The notes beneath the pieces are model-generated. The model had not been told where the DNA came from and did not search any database. It saw nothing but the letters and a program-made list of their open reading frames with translations. The translations under genes and the position numbers were made by a program. From Octopus vulgaris (Eukaryota): a stretch of 64,000 bases of DNA. The DNA is taken from contig OX597817.1 in the NCBI GenBank assembly GCA_951406725.2, forward strand, positions 116,064,001 through 116,128,000, written 5' to 3'. Of this stretch, positions 14,144 to 28,092 are shown piece after piece. Numbering within the stretch: the stretch's first letter is position 1; each line of letters starts with the position of its first letter.

Positions 14144-14651
14144 AATATCAACAATTGAGGGTAAAATTAATTAGTTATTAATCAATTTCACCAAGTATTC
14201 AGTATGTAAAAGGAGCATTTAAGGCGAATTCAAAATATTACATTATATAATTAGGGCTTAGTAAAATAAATTACTTTGCCACATACTGAACTTTCTAGAA
14301 ATAGCAGCCCAAAAGTTTTTTAGCCATTTCCACTACTTAAAGAAAATTTCTCTCAGATAATGTTTACTCAAAATAACTCACGAAGGTATGGAGGTAAAAA
14401 CAGAAAAAATATCATAAGTACAAAGATTATTTGAGAACGTTAACGTTTCTAGATTAGCCAAATAAACTCAGCATTTCTTTCGTCAGCTCAACATTTCTTA
14501 TTTTGGATTTGGAAGCACTAAAAAGAAAGAACATACCCTTTGGCGACTTATCACCTCAGATGACCCGTTCAGACTGCCAGTACTAACAAATTCAAAATGT
14601 GGAAGCGAAGATTCCCTGCTCTCCCCTTCGACCCACGTGGGTTATCTATAT

Positions 14652-14700
<49 letters not shown>

Positions 14701-14765
14701 TATAATACCATATATATATAAATTTATATATATACTTGTATGCATATATATATGTACGTATGTAC

Positions 14766-14813
<48 letters not shown>

Positions 14814-14819
14814 GGTTCT

Positions 14820-15163
14820 ATTGCTCTTTACCATTTTCTTGATTCAATCACTTGAGTATGGTTATGGTGGAAAACTTGGACTTATTCTATATAGATATTT
14901 TCTACTGGACCGCTAAGTTACGGGGACGTAAACACGCGAACATTGGTTTGTAAGCGATAGTGGGATAACAAACACAGGTACAAATACACACACATTACAT
15001 ACATATATATATATATGTATATATATGACATACTTCGTTTAGTTTCCGTCAACCATATCTAGTGACATGTCTTTGATGAACCCACGGCTATAGTAGAAGA
15101 CACTTGCCCAGGGACTAAACTCAGAATAATATGGTTGACGGAGAAGCTTCTTACCACACAGCC
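14820..15163 (-). mobile_element. SINE (same family as 18975-19240)
   Basis: CCGCTAAGTTACGGGGACGTAAACAC and AGTTTCCGTC are reverse complements of blocks in the 18975 element; tRNA-like head at the right end. Confidence 0.7.
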
Positions 15164-17720
15164 ATATATGTGTGTGTGTGTACTTTTGCGTTTGTCCCTC
15201 AACACTTCTTCGCAACCATTGCTGGCTGGTTTTCGTCTTAGTAAATTATGGGAAAGAGATAGAGAACGTTCTTGTTTACTCGGAAAATACTTCCACTGCA
15301 TTTGGTACGGCAACATTGACTACTATGATGACGACTGCGACTACAACAACAAACACAACAACAACAATAACAACGACATTAATGATGACGAAGATCTAAC
15401 GACGAAGATTACCATCCCAACAGCGATGACAATTGGAGCGCATTTTTCTGGGCGTAATCAAGCCGTGTTTTATAGTGTTACTCGAAATGCTTTGTATGAA
15501 GAATAAATACTAAATTCATGATAATGTAATTTTCGTTGCTCTTTTCGTTACAATTCATTTGCAATACGACCAGTTATCGATGTTTCTGTCTGGTCAATAA
15601 GACTTTTAGATAATATCAAGAAATCACTTCAAAATACATGTTACTATATAAGAACCAACCCAGTGGAAAATTATGTCTTAGACATAATTTGCCTCAAAAG
15701 AACTGGAAGGCCAGCACTTGACTGCATTTGATCTGAGAGCAGCACAATAAAATTTGAACAGTTGCTAAACAATAGCAACACGTTGTAAAGATGTGTTCTC
15801 TAGACAGCAGGTCCTGCTAGTTTGCCTCACTTTTCTACTTTGTTAGTCACTAGTGGAAATATAATTGTGAGAATATGTTAGTTGTCACTTCCCAGCTGCT
15901 TGTATTAGAATAAAATGCCGTACCGGATACAAAACGAGTCGTATTTCTATTGTTGATTTCAATTACAGACATTAATCTAGTATCTGTACTCTGCTATCAT
16001 TACGAAAATTTCTAGATAATAGAGGTTCATAAAATAAACGTAAATGATTTCATTCTCAAAAGCTTTGTAGTAAATATTCCCTCAGAATAAAAGACATATT
16101 TGTCGTCTCTCCGCTGTTACGTTGTTTCGTTTCTGTTCCGTTCTCTGAAATATCACTTAGATACATTATATGCGGCATTCATAACATTCTGCTTTATGAG
16201 AATTCGACTTCCTATGAAAACGCTCGTGCATTACAGTTACATTGTTATCACACAGAACATAATGATTAATTTCTGTGTTAAATCGAACTCGTAGTTTCTG
16301 ACTTCTTGACTATTAGAAAATAATGAAACATCACATTGCTGTTGATTTACTGATTATAATTCAGTGAATCATTTTCAATCAATGATTTTACGTCATAATG
16401 CCGTTCTGTCGTCTTTACGTATTTAAACAGTGATGTACTTTTCTTTAAACTGACCATTATCAAAGTATTGTTAGGCACGAAATACACAAATGATTTTCAT
16501 ATTTCATTTTGGACATGAATTGAAATATGCATGGAAAAGGTAATTATATTTAATTAATGAGTAGCCACTTACTCTAAAATCACTTTCCAAAGCAGCATTA
16601 TTCTCATCTATTTGAGTAGTATAATTTAAAGACTTTGTATTCTGAAGCCTCGTTCAATGCGGAGTGGATATTCGTAAATTGTTTTTGATTATTATAGATT
16701 TCTGAAACTAAATTCAATATATTACGACTTTCCTCAACACCAAATGTTTCCATTGTAGTGAAATGCTATTTATTTATACAGCAGGACGTTATCATATTTA
16801 ACGTGTTTTGAAAGGACCCTTCTCAAATTTGACAACCAATTTGCACAAGTTCTGTTAAATAAATATCTATTCTACACAAAACGTTTGATGAAATATAATA
16901 TCATATAAGAGTTTCACTATAACCTGTATGTTATGAGAAGCTGCCAGCTAAGTTTTTCCATTATAAGATTCATAATGGGAAAATTTAACTCACTTGGTTA
17001 AAAAGTATCTTGCTTGTTTCCATGCTAGGACAGTACATTTCCCTACATTCTATCACACCTAATGCATTTCAAGTTTTCATTATATCATTTTTCCTCCTAT
17101 ATATTCAGAGAATTATGTCACGTGACCAATGTGATTTCATGCTTCTATGCAGGTGTTCAGTCTTTCCTAATCTTCCGAGTAAATGTACCATCTAAATAGG
17201 AACTGAAGGCATCGTGTCAATTCTGATCTACTCTTATTAACAGAGTAAGCATTCTACACTGTAAACATGGTGATCGTTTCTCCTTGACTACCATGTAAAA
17301 ATCATAATCATAGCACATAGCAATCCATCAAATTGTATCTTACCCATTTGTCTGGGTTAACGGGATGGTTAGACTCTCGACGTTGCAAATGATGCTAGGG
17401 TTAGCAATCATAGCTAATCTCTCTCCGTTCGAACGTTCCTAATATAGCAAAATTGGCATCCAAGAGACCGAATACTCACTACAATGCTTGTATGTACTTT
17501 AAACACAAACACATATTGAATCTAAACACAGATCATGTGAGAACCACAACAGCGTACTGCTGCCTTGAGAAATCCTACCAGCTGGACACACCGAATTTAT
17601 AAGCTACTAAATGTCAATCAGTTCAGTCTCAAACTTAAGAAAAGCATTAATGACTTGTGTGTTTGCTCCCGTGTTATCGAGGTACGCACTTGTAAGTGTG
17701 AGTATATGTGTATGTATATA

Positions 17721-18920
17721 CAGGAGTTGGACAAACAAATGGTAACACCTAGCATCATAGCATCATAATTTTGATATACCTACAAAACTGTGAAAAGCTT
17801 GTTTATTTTAAAGTGTTTTGCTAAAATTGCTGTTTCTTTTCAGATATCATAAAAAAATCGGACTTTCAACGAGGTCAAATTGTTGGTGCTCGTATGGCAG
17901 GCGCTAACGTAACGAAAACAGCCCTAATGTTTGGTGTATCAAGAAGTACTGTTTCGAAAGTAATGACAGCCTTTGCGAAAGAGGGGAAAACCTCCTCTTC
18001 GAAACAAGACTCTGGAAGAAAACCAAAACTTTAAGATAGGGACCGTGAATTGCTAAAAAGGATCACAAAAGTACAGCTCCCGAAATTACTGCAATGATTA
18101 ATTACCACTTCGAGAACCCAGTTTCCTCAAAAACACTTCACCGGGAGCTGCACAAAGATGGATTTCGCGGGGAGGGGGGCTTCAATAAAAAAAGTACTAC
18201 TTTGAAAATAAAACGCTGCAAAGCGTTTAGTGTGGAGTAAAAACATACAGAATTGGTCCCTAGAGCAGTGGAAGAATGTTATTTTCTCGGACGAGTCATC
18301 CTTTACTTTATTTTCGACTATCGGCCGAGTATACGTGTGGAGACAGCCTAGGAATCAATTGATCCAGACTGCCTTCTTCCAACTGTTAAACATGGTGGAC
18401 GATATGTGATAATCTGCGGGTGTGTGTGCTATATCTTGGAAATCCGCCGGCCCAATGTTTTCTCTCTATAGCAGAATGAATAATCAAGATTATTTAAGCA
18501 TTTTATCTGACCAAATTCATCCTACATTTTCGGAACATTTTCCGGAGGGAAACACACTCTTTCATGATGATAATTCACCAATTCACACCGGTAAAGTGGT
18601 TATTGAATGGCACAAGGAACATTCTAGTGATGTTGAACATTTTATCTAGCCATCACAGTCCCCAGATCTCAATATTATTGAACATTTATGGTGTGTTTTA
18701 GAAAAACAAGTAAGGAGTGGATGTATTCCACCATCATCACTACAAGAGGTGGAGACTGTTTTAGCTGAAGAATGAACAACAATTCCTTTGGAAACAATTC
18801 AAACTTTGTACGAGTCCATACCTCGTTGAATTCAAGCTGTAATTACTGCCAAACGCGATCTTATCTCTTATAAAATAAATTTGTTTGAAATTTTAAGGTG
18901 TTTCCATTATTTTGTCCAAC

Positions 18921-18924
<4 letters not shown>
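17721..18924 (+). mobile_element. Tc1-family (DD34E) DNA transposon, near full-length, inactive
   Basis: TA-CAGGAGTTGGACAAACAAATGGTAACACCT and AGGTGTTTCCATTATTTTGTCCAACCC termini. Transposase motifs FQRGQIVG, WKNVIFSDESSF, FHDDNSPIH, SPDLNIIEHLW. Stops and frameshifts. Confidence 0.93.
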
Positions 18925-18972
<48 letters not shown>

Positions 18973-18974
18973 CG

Positions 18975-19240
18975 TTGTGAGTAGATTTGGTAGACGGAAA
19001 CTAAAAGAAGCCCGCCGTATATATGTATATATATACATGTATGTGTGTTTATATGTTTATGTGTCTGTGTTTGTCACCCCAACATCGCTTGACAACCGAT
19101 ACTGGTGTGTTTACGTCCCCGTAAACTAGCGGTTCGGCAAAATATCTCGATAAAATAAGTACTATGTTTATATAGAAGATGTCCTGGGATCGATTTGCAT
19201 GGCCGCAGTCAAATTACTGAAACAAGTAAAAGAGTAAACA
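18975..19240 (+). mobile_element. SINE, 5'-truncated
   Basis: GACGGAAACT..AAGAAGCCCG, GTTTACGTCCCCGTAA.CTAGCGGTTCGGC and a TGAAACAAGTAAAAGA tail; related pieces at 14820 (-), 23750 (-), 47145 (-) and 60209 (+). Confidence 0.75.
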
Positions 19241-19256
19241 GTATATATATATATAC

Positions 19257-19289
<33 letters not shown>

Positions 19290-20325
19290 GGTCGTGTGTG
19301 CGCGTGTGTAGTATACACGCACACGCATACTAATTTATTTTAATGCATGTTTTAAATAAATAATATTCGTTACACGGAATGAGAAAAATGCTTGGTCATA
19401 ATATTCATCTAATTTAAGTAGCAGCTCGAAGAATTATAGCTAATCGTTTAAAAGTAGTCCAATCTACTCAGATTCAAAGCGTATATTTTAGAAGTTGGAA
19501 ACCGACTGGTCTTTGCCAGAAAGAAGAGTTATAACATGTGCATTAAATTTATTATACGAAAAGATTTCCTTTACTAATAATACACAGGACAACACATAAT
19601 GTAACAGCTACTCAGTAGAACAATTTAGAATTAAGCACAAATTATTTCCAGTCTGACAATTTGTACAAATATAGTATTTATGAAAATCACTTCAACAAAT
19701 AAGTAGGCACATAACATTGAGGTCATGTGTAGGAATATTTATTCAACTGAAATTAAAATATTAATTGAATATTTTTCTTTCAATATTATTGAGTAGCTAA
19801 AATATACACATATATAGGTAATTTACATTTTTTAAATAAGAGAATTTTTAACTAATAACTTATAATCCATTAACGTATTAAAGCTAAACTTTTATTAATA
19901 CTGTATTTCTGAATGTGTTTTTTCACCAATTTCAAATTGTAATATTAATATATCAATGACATTTAAAAAATAAAAATTAGACAAAGTAATTCATTGTTGA
20001 TTCTAATATAATTGATTTGTATGATTTAAAACAACTAAATTATGAGGAATCGTGCTTTAATGGCGCATTGGCATTTATCAGTTATTATATTTATAGGGGT
20101 GCGTCCGACTATGTGGCAAAGAGCTTGGTTCCAGCCACATGACTTCCACTTCAGTTTCTACTGTAAGGGACGCTGGAGTTATTGACTTAACTCCTGTTAC
20201 CGGATTTGGCAGATGGAATCGGAAATGATGGAAAGGGCGAAAATAGATGCGAAAAATCTCATCTGGGGTGTTATAATAAATAATAAGGGTTGCGAGCTAT
20301 GGAAATGCAAATCGGTTACTCAAGA

Positions 20326-20378
<53 letters not shown>

Positions 20379-20437
20379 TGTTAGTGTGTGTGAGAGTGTG
20401 TGTTTGTTTGTTTCTGTGTGTGTGTGTGTATACATAC

Positions 20438-20470
<33 letters not shown>

Positions 20471-20487
20471 CACATATATACATATAT

Positions 20488-21010
20488 GGTGGCTGCCCCC
20501 TCGTTATGGAGTATGGCCATTGCACGAAGCTTAATCAATGTTGTTATCGTGCAATGCGTGTGCAAGAAGATTTTTTTTAAAGCGAGGAAAGGCTGTGCAC
20601 TGAGTCAATCCCACTCACTAAGCAACAGCAGCCATAATCCGAAAAGAAGAACAAGTCAACATCACCGGTAACCACTGAGCCGCAGGTTATATGTCGGAGT
20701 TATCCCGGTTACTTGAGTTACCATCTCCTAGAAGGATGCCCTAACAAAGGCTAGGAGTCCTTCACGGGTATTCAGTCCGATTATCTCTATGTCTCCGCGC
20801 ATGCTACATCCTTAAGACATTTATTGGATGACCGTTGACTCTCAAGAGTTCCTCCGCCCTTTCACGGGTTTTGTTTTTCATCCTGCATGGTGTCCAACCC
20901 TCCTCACCAAGCAAGCTTGGTAGGGTTGCCGGTTTAGACGCCGATGACCCGACCATGCAACAGGTTGTACTGGGTTACATGTTACCAGTAGCACTCGAAA
21001 GTGACCTGAC
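20488..21010 (-). mobile_element. Non-coding structured retroposon, probably non-autonomous RTE-derived
   Basis: ~520-bp GC-richer island between (TA)n tracts. The minus-strand motif CTCCTAGCCTTTGTTAGGGCATCCTTCTAGGAGATGG resembles RTE 5'-UTR motifs (recall). Several clear hairpins. Confidence 0.5.
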
Positions 21011-21559
21011 ATATATATACACACAAATATATATATATGCATATGTATATTTATATATACATATGCATATATATACATACATATATACATACATATATAC
21101 ATATATAGATATATATATAATGTATATACATATATATACATATGTATATACATATATATACATATGTATATACATATATATACACACAAATATATATATA
21201 TGCATATGTATATATAAATATATACATATGCGTGTGTGTGCGCTAGTGGGTGTATATATATCTATATATATCATTATATATATATTTGTATATATATTTA
21301 CATGCACATACGCACGCACACACAGACACAGACACACACACACAAGCACACACGCACTCACACTCACACACAGACACACATGTATATATATTAATACGTA
21401 TATGCATATACGTGTGGGTCTCTTGTGATATATAATCCTGCACATTCTGACAGATTTAGTTGGCTAGCACAGAGAGGTGAGTTACTACAAATCAATAGGA
21501 AAAGTAAAGTAAGCACTAATTGACAACCACCTCCATTTAAGTATGGGCTCAACAACAAT

Positions 21560-21850
21560 TTAGCTATAGTGACTACAAATTAGGAAATGCAGTGTACTGC
21601 ATCATTGTGTGTTGTAAATCCACTTGGACGTAATGGAAACTTGGATTTCAGCAGAGCGTTTGTCAAATTTATAGAAACTGAGAATTCAAATCTTGCTTTC
21701 TTGTGGACATCGATGGATGAATGTGCGAGGTGTTCTGAGTTTTTCACAGTTTTTGTCATTAGCAAAGGATTGCCTGTAGTGATAGCTCAACTTCACAATA
21801 AAGGCAAAGTTTCTCATCCCCCGTAGTTAACTTTTGGCAATGTAATGTCT
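21560..21850 (-). pseudogene. Highly decayed mariner transposase fragment
   Basis: Minus strand ~21795-21835 encodes LTTGDEKLCLY, matching the mariner TGDEKW motif. The rest is unrecognisable. Confidence 0.35.
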
Positions 21851-21939
21851 TCCTGTAATTTCCATGAGTGATGAAAATTAAGTTATATAATGGATTGACA
21901 AAGACCAGAGAGTGAACTTGCGGAAAAACGAGTGAGCGC

Positions 21940-22090
21940 TTGCTTGCCTGCCTACCTAGCTACCTGGCTACCTACATATCTACCTACCTACCTACCTACC
22001 TACCTACCTACCTACCTACCTACCTACCTACCTACCTACCTACCTACCTACCTACCTACCTACCTACCTACCTGCTTACCTACCTACCTA

Positions 22091-22121
<31 letters not shown>

Positions 22122-22135
22122 CATACACACATACA
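21940..22135. repeat. (CCTA)n then (CATA)n tetranucleotide microsatellite
   Basis: Read directly from the sequence. Confidence 0.95.
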
Positions 22136-22283
22136 AAGGTATTAGGTCTACCCTGCTAATGTTACTGAAGTTTCAGTGAATAGCCGTTGGATATAGATTA
22201 GAAACCAGCTGCTTCTCCATTGCCCCAAAAAAATAAATAATAGCAAACATATAAACTAACATATGTAGTATGCGTGTATATGT

Positions 22284-22353
<70 letters not shown>

Positions 22354-23898
22354 TACATTTGCATGTGTGTGAGTGTATTTACATAGTTACTTGTGTACGT
22401 ATCTGTATATGCGTTTTACTCAAACATGAAACTATGTGTGTGGTGTTGGCTTGTGTTTGTGAGTATATGCGTATATCTTAGCCACATATTTAGACATATA
22501 AATTAGTAAGAATATATCTGCGTATACTTATATAGGCATAAATATGTATGTGTGTATGTGGGTGTTTATATGTGTGTGTGTATATGGTTAGATATGACAT
22601 ATATGTATAAATATCGCTTACACATGTTCACTTACATATTTTTAACTTCTGAGCAATGTGTAGTATCAGAATATGGAATCATATTTGCTTCACGTTATTG
22701 ACTGTTATCTTGGTAAAAGTCGATATTTCGACCAATATTCATCACTTGAAGTTATCCTATGTATCTCTGAATAACTTACAGTTATGATGCATATATTGAT
22801 TTGTTCAAGTCTGAACAAATGTATCACGCATTTCAATATCTGTAATATGTTAATCGATGATACTATATTTTAAGCTTGACTTCATATGCATTAAACTTAG
22901 GTTATATTTACAAATACTTTGAGAGGCTGATTCATGCTTATATTAATGTACTATACATTGCAGTGAAACTTCTGGACCATATATTCCCTCCGTGAATCAT
23001 TGCCTCCAACTTAGTTAATTGCCTAAATAAAAAGCTTTTTGAATGTTAATCTATGGGATTTTTTTCCACCTAGAAGCATATTTGTAATTTGCACCTTTGA
23101 GCTTCCGTATTGATATATCCATACATATATTCATACATCCGTATACACACACATGTATACATGTATAGATGTAATATATATATATATACATACAAACATG
23201 TGCATATGTTTGCATGTATGAATCTATGTATCTATTCATGGATGTATGTAAATATAGATATATACATATGTGCAATTGCGTATTAATATGAATGTCTGAA
23301 GTAGCAGGATTATAAAATCCCTTTTTTACCTTTTTGAGAAAGTAATTTTTATGGTGTTGTAAATAGCCATCACCGAAAGCATGTCTCTTTATTGATGTAA
23401 TATTCACTTATTATATATTACATAACATGAATTAATCGCAATATATTTTAATACCTTTCGCAATTGGATTTTGAAATACTGATTTATAAATAGGTATGTA
23501 GCAAAAGGGCCGATCTAAGTTTCTTATTTGTGATTATTTAGCCGACAAAAAATAAAAGGGATAGCAGTTAAAGTAGCTGACGTCGCTGTTCTATTCAGAG
23601 CATAAAACACCTTTATTAAGTTCGTAAGGAATTTTTTTCTTCCGACACTCTGACGATTCTGCCAATGAACACCACTTTATTATCTATGTTTATTTCTTAA
23701 ACATTACTAAGTCAGATAAAGTAATTTACAGATACAGATTTGACTGTGCGGCTCAGAAACTTCCCAGCCATATGTTCACGCGTTCAGTCTGACTGAGCGT
23801 AGCTTTCAGTAAATGTCTTCTACAATAGTCTCTGATCGACCAACGTCTTGTGCATGAATTTCGTAGACGGAACCTGAAAGAAACCCACCATACACACA

Positions 23899-23966
<68 letters not shown>

Positions 23967-25120
23967 AATATACAATAAAATATAACGATAAATTAATATT
24001 ATATTAAATTCGTTATAATATACATATGGCTATATTAAAGGTGGCTATAATACAAGTGGCTATATTATACCTGAATGAAGTAAATGATAAGCTGTCATCA
24101 TATGATTTCGAAATGTAACCAATAAGGTTTCGTTTCTCTTCAGGGTATTTCACGAATCACTCCGGTTTAAAGAGGTAGGTTACTTCCCATTAGCTCATTA
24201 GGGAAAATAACCGTTGAACAGTGAGCGCCAAACTTCAATGACGTTTGAGCGTATATAAACATAGAATAAGATATTATAACGGTAAACTAATATTATGATA
24301 TATGAAATACGTTGTAATATAGGTAGTTAAGCAATTAAAAACTAAAAAGGTAGAATACTTAAATAAAGTTGCAAAATAGCACCTACAATTGCCGAAAATA
24401 AGAGTTAAAAAATATAACACGAATAGCTACTCAAAACCATAACTTCTTGATATGTTCAAAGGGACTTGGAAGAGGGATGCAACAACATCTTTCTCCAGCG
24501 AGATAAAACTCGTTGAATGATGTAATTTGATAAGCCCCTCTCCTATGATTTCGAACTTTAACCAATACGGTTTCATTTCTCTTCATATATATATATATGT
24601 GTGTGTGTATGTGTATATATATATATGTATGTATGTATGTATGTACGTATGTATGTATGTATGTATGTATGTATGTATGTATGCATGTATGTCTGTATGC
24701 ATGTATGTCTGTATGCATGTATGTATATATATATATAGGTAGATAGATAGATAAATAGATAGATAGATAGATAGATAGACAGATAGATATGTGTGTGTGT
24801 ATGTATGTATGTGTATAGATCCTGGAATGAATAGATTATCGTTGTGATTGGTGTAGAATTTCAATGAATGTGCGCAAATTATGTATGTAGTTTCAAATCG
24901 TGTGTACGATAATACTTATTTGTGGAGTTACTACAGATTTATTATGTTTAATCACTATTACAAGTATAAAGTGTGTTTCAAAATGTCATTCAGTGTCGTC
25001 CGTCGATCTAAATAACACAGGAAGGAAAGGACTTGTAAGCATATACTCAACACTTACTACATACAGCCTCTTAAACGTATGCAGTATATTATCTACGATA
25101 AATTTAAAATCTTATATATT

Positions 25121-25518
25121 CTTTTCTACTCTAGGCACAAGGCTCGAAATTTTTGAGGAGTGGGCTAGTGAATTAGATCGACCCCAGTACGCAACTGGTA
25201 CTTAATTTATCGACCCGGAAAGGATGGAAGATAAAGTCAACCTCGGCGGAATTCAACTCAGAACTTAAAGAGAGACGAAATACCTATTTCTTTACTACCT
25301 ACAAGGGGTTAAACGCAGAGGGAACAAACAAGGACAGACACACGGATTAAGTCGATTACATCGACCCTTGTACGTAACTTGTACTTATTTAATCGACCCC
25401 GAAAAGATGAAAAGCAAAGTCGACCTCGGCGGAATTTGAACTCAGAACGTAACGGCAGACGAAATACGGCTACGCATTTCGCCCGACGTGCTAACGTTTC
25501 TGCCAGCTGGCCGCCTCC
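25121..25518 (-). mobile_element. Dimeric tRNA-derived SINE with 15-bp TSD
   Basis: Two related monomers (ATCGACCC.GAAA.GATG...AAAGTC.ACCTCGGCGGAATT..AACTCAG twice), a minus-strand B box GAGTTCAAATTCC, and AAAATCTTATATATT at both 25106-25120 and 25519-25533. Confidence 0.9.
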
Positions 25519-25569
25519 AAAATCTTATATATTAGACATCCGCGCTCATACCCATTCAGAGAAACACGC

Positions 25570-26660
25570 ATAGAGATGTTGCTGGGATTCAGAATGGTGA
25601 GAGGTTCTATTTCTGTAACAGTGGATGTTGTAAATGACAATAAGTATATAGTTGATGTAAATGAAGAATAGTTTAGAGAGTGTGTTGATCATATGTCTAA
25701 GAGTTGGTAGAGTGTGAAATGGAGAAAGCCGATCAATATATCAATGCGAAGACACCGAACATGGACATAGAAAGTGTGATGGACTCCATAGGGTTCAATT
25801 TTTGTCTGAGAAGTTACCAGTCGGGCATCTCAAAAATTTGCCTATGAGGAGAGCAACAAATTTGATTTCACCAAATATCCGGAGAGCAAAATCCCCCTGA
25901 CGTGTTATATAGGAGAGTGGCTACCCACTAAATAATACTATAAAATTTCTAGCTATAATCGATGAAGAACATCTTTTCGTTATAGCTTCGTGTAGTAAAC
26001 TTGAAATGCCGAAAGGGATGGGACGATAGCCAGCAGATTCGATGGGTTTGCTATTTTGAAGACTGAGAAAAACCGAAGTGTGTTTCTAAATATTTGTATA
26101 TAATCCTGTAGAGAGAAAGGTCGAGACAGACAGACAGACATATAGACAGAAATGTTTGTTGATAGATAGATTGATAGATTATTAGATAAAGTGGAAAAGA
26201 GAGGGGAGAGAGAATGTGTGAGAGCGAGAGAGAGAGAGAGAAAGAGAGGGAAAGAATATGGGTACTTTGGGTGGAAGAGGTGCGTATAGATTGAGGATAA
26301 AGGAAGTTAGCCTTTAGCGTATCTGGTTCGTTGATTATGAACCTCTACAATTGAAAAACAAACAGTTCATAGATTATAGACCTCCTATATTTGAGAAGGG
26401 AAGGAAGGAGGTGTGGCAGTGATTATTTTGGCAATGGCCCATAAATATAATCTTCGGCTTTCAAAGCAGCAGAAGTGCAAGTTATGTGGCTCACGGAGGT
26501 GTAATTCCAATGATAGTAACATAGAAGTTGTGGTATGGGCTGAGTGATTTTCTATAGCCATTGCGGACTGTAGGGCTGAATTGTTTTCTTCTGGCATTGT
26601 AGACGAGTTATCTTCACAAATTGTTGCACCCTATCTTAGGCGACCTGGAGCTCTCTGTAG
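25570..26660 (-). pseudogene. Old, highly decayed LINE ORF2 (CR1/Jockey group) fragment
   Basis: Minus-strand peptides LWAIAKIITATPPSFP (~26395-26450), KANFL and PIESAGYRPIP..SS...EAI (~25975-26047; compare RT-proximal 'NYRPISL..K..E') lie in the expected order. Confidence 0.45.
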
Positions 26661-26944
26661 GTGTTCTGTGTTACGTAAGTTACAGCAATGGTTTTTTAAT
26701 AATATATTTTTAAAATGGAAGCATTTGATAACGGGAACGAGATAAACTCAATGAACAAAATGGGTCAGTCAAAACAACAGCAATGTTACTTGAACAGAGA
26801 ATTGATCTCTCAGATCTAACAACACTTAGCTAGGCAGTTACAAAACAACAGTGTACTTTGAGTTGTAAGAAAACAAACCGTCGTCAGTTTTCTTATCATA
26901 TGTGTACATACGCACACATTCATATATATAATTACACATACATC

Positions 26945-27298
26945 GTGGCACCCCGTCGGTTACGACGACGAGGGGTCCAGTTGATCTCATGAATAGAACA
27001 GCCTACTCATGAAATTCACGTGTGAGTAGCTGAACACTCCACAGACACGTGTATCTTTAACGTAGTTCGAGGGGAGTTTCAGCGTGACACGGTGTGTGAC
27101 AAGGCTGGCCCTTTAGAATACAGGTACCACAGAAACTGGAAGAAAGAGTGAAAGTAAGTTGGGATGAAAGAATACAGCAGGGTTCCCCAGACACCGACGG
27201 AACGTCGTGGGGCTTTAGGTGTTTTCGCTAAATAAACACTCACAACGCCCGGTCTGGGAATCGAAACCGCGATCCCACGACCGCGAAACCGCTGCCCT
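26945..27298 (-). mobile_element. tRNA-derived SINE
   Basis: Minus-strand head with B box GGTTTCGATTCCC followed by TGTGAGTGTTTATTTAGCGAAAACACC; related to 31081-31358. Confidence 0.75.
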
Positions 27299-27560
27299 AT
27301 GTACCCCCACACAGATACATAAACACATAGACAAGCATAAATGAGTATATACATATACAGAATAATATCAGTTAAACAAATCGTGCGTATGTTTAATAAA
27401 TACATATTCCTAAAAATAATGGAATATAGATAATTTCGGATTGCTTTTTAAAAGATAACAAGATATACTAATCTCTAAAATGAAGTTCATATTTAAAAAA
27501 AAGAAAAAGACGAGCAAAATATAAAAAAAAAATTATACCGTTAAACAATTCAATATAATA

Positions 27561-28092
27561 CTAGCAGTGCCCGTAGAAATTGTACAGACTAAGTTACGGA
27601 CAGAGCCAGCAGTAACCACTTCCCTAGTTTGTAATATCCTATCATTTCTTTCATAATACTTTCTGGGCAAACTTGTCTATTTACTTAGGTCATATTTTCT
27701 CTTCTGGTAGGCGCAAAATATCATCATCTTTCATGTTCTGTCTTATTTACCGCTTAACAGTTCTCATTCTTTCCCATTAGTTTCCGCTTTCTCATTCGTC
27801 ATCTGAAACTTTCTAGCTTAATTTCACGCGTTCCTTTCATTCTTTTTGTCTAGCATTAATGTTTCTCGTTGTTCTTGATTTTCCTGTCTTTATTTCTCAT
27901 TCTAATTTTCTTTGTCCCTTTTTTTAGATATGCTCCTCTATATTTTCTGTATCTCTCGACTCAATTCTTGCTGTCATACACAATGATTAAACGGTTTTTC
28001 GGAAATAGAAAAAAATTTAAAAAGCTCTAGAATATACCCATACATATGTTTTACGAAAGAAGTTATTAAGAACACGGTTACTGATATATAGA
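27561..28092 (-). mobile_element. Non-autonomous Helitron (putative)
   Basis: On the minus strand it starts TCTATATA and ends with a degenerate hairpin plus ACTGCTAG|T, the same terminus as at 44471. Confidence 0.45.
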
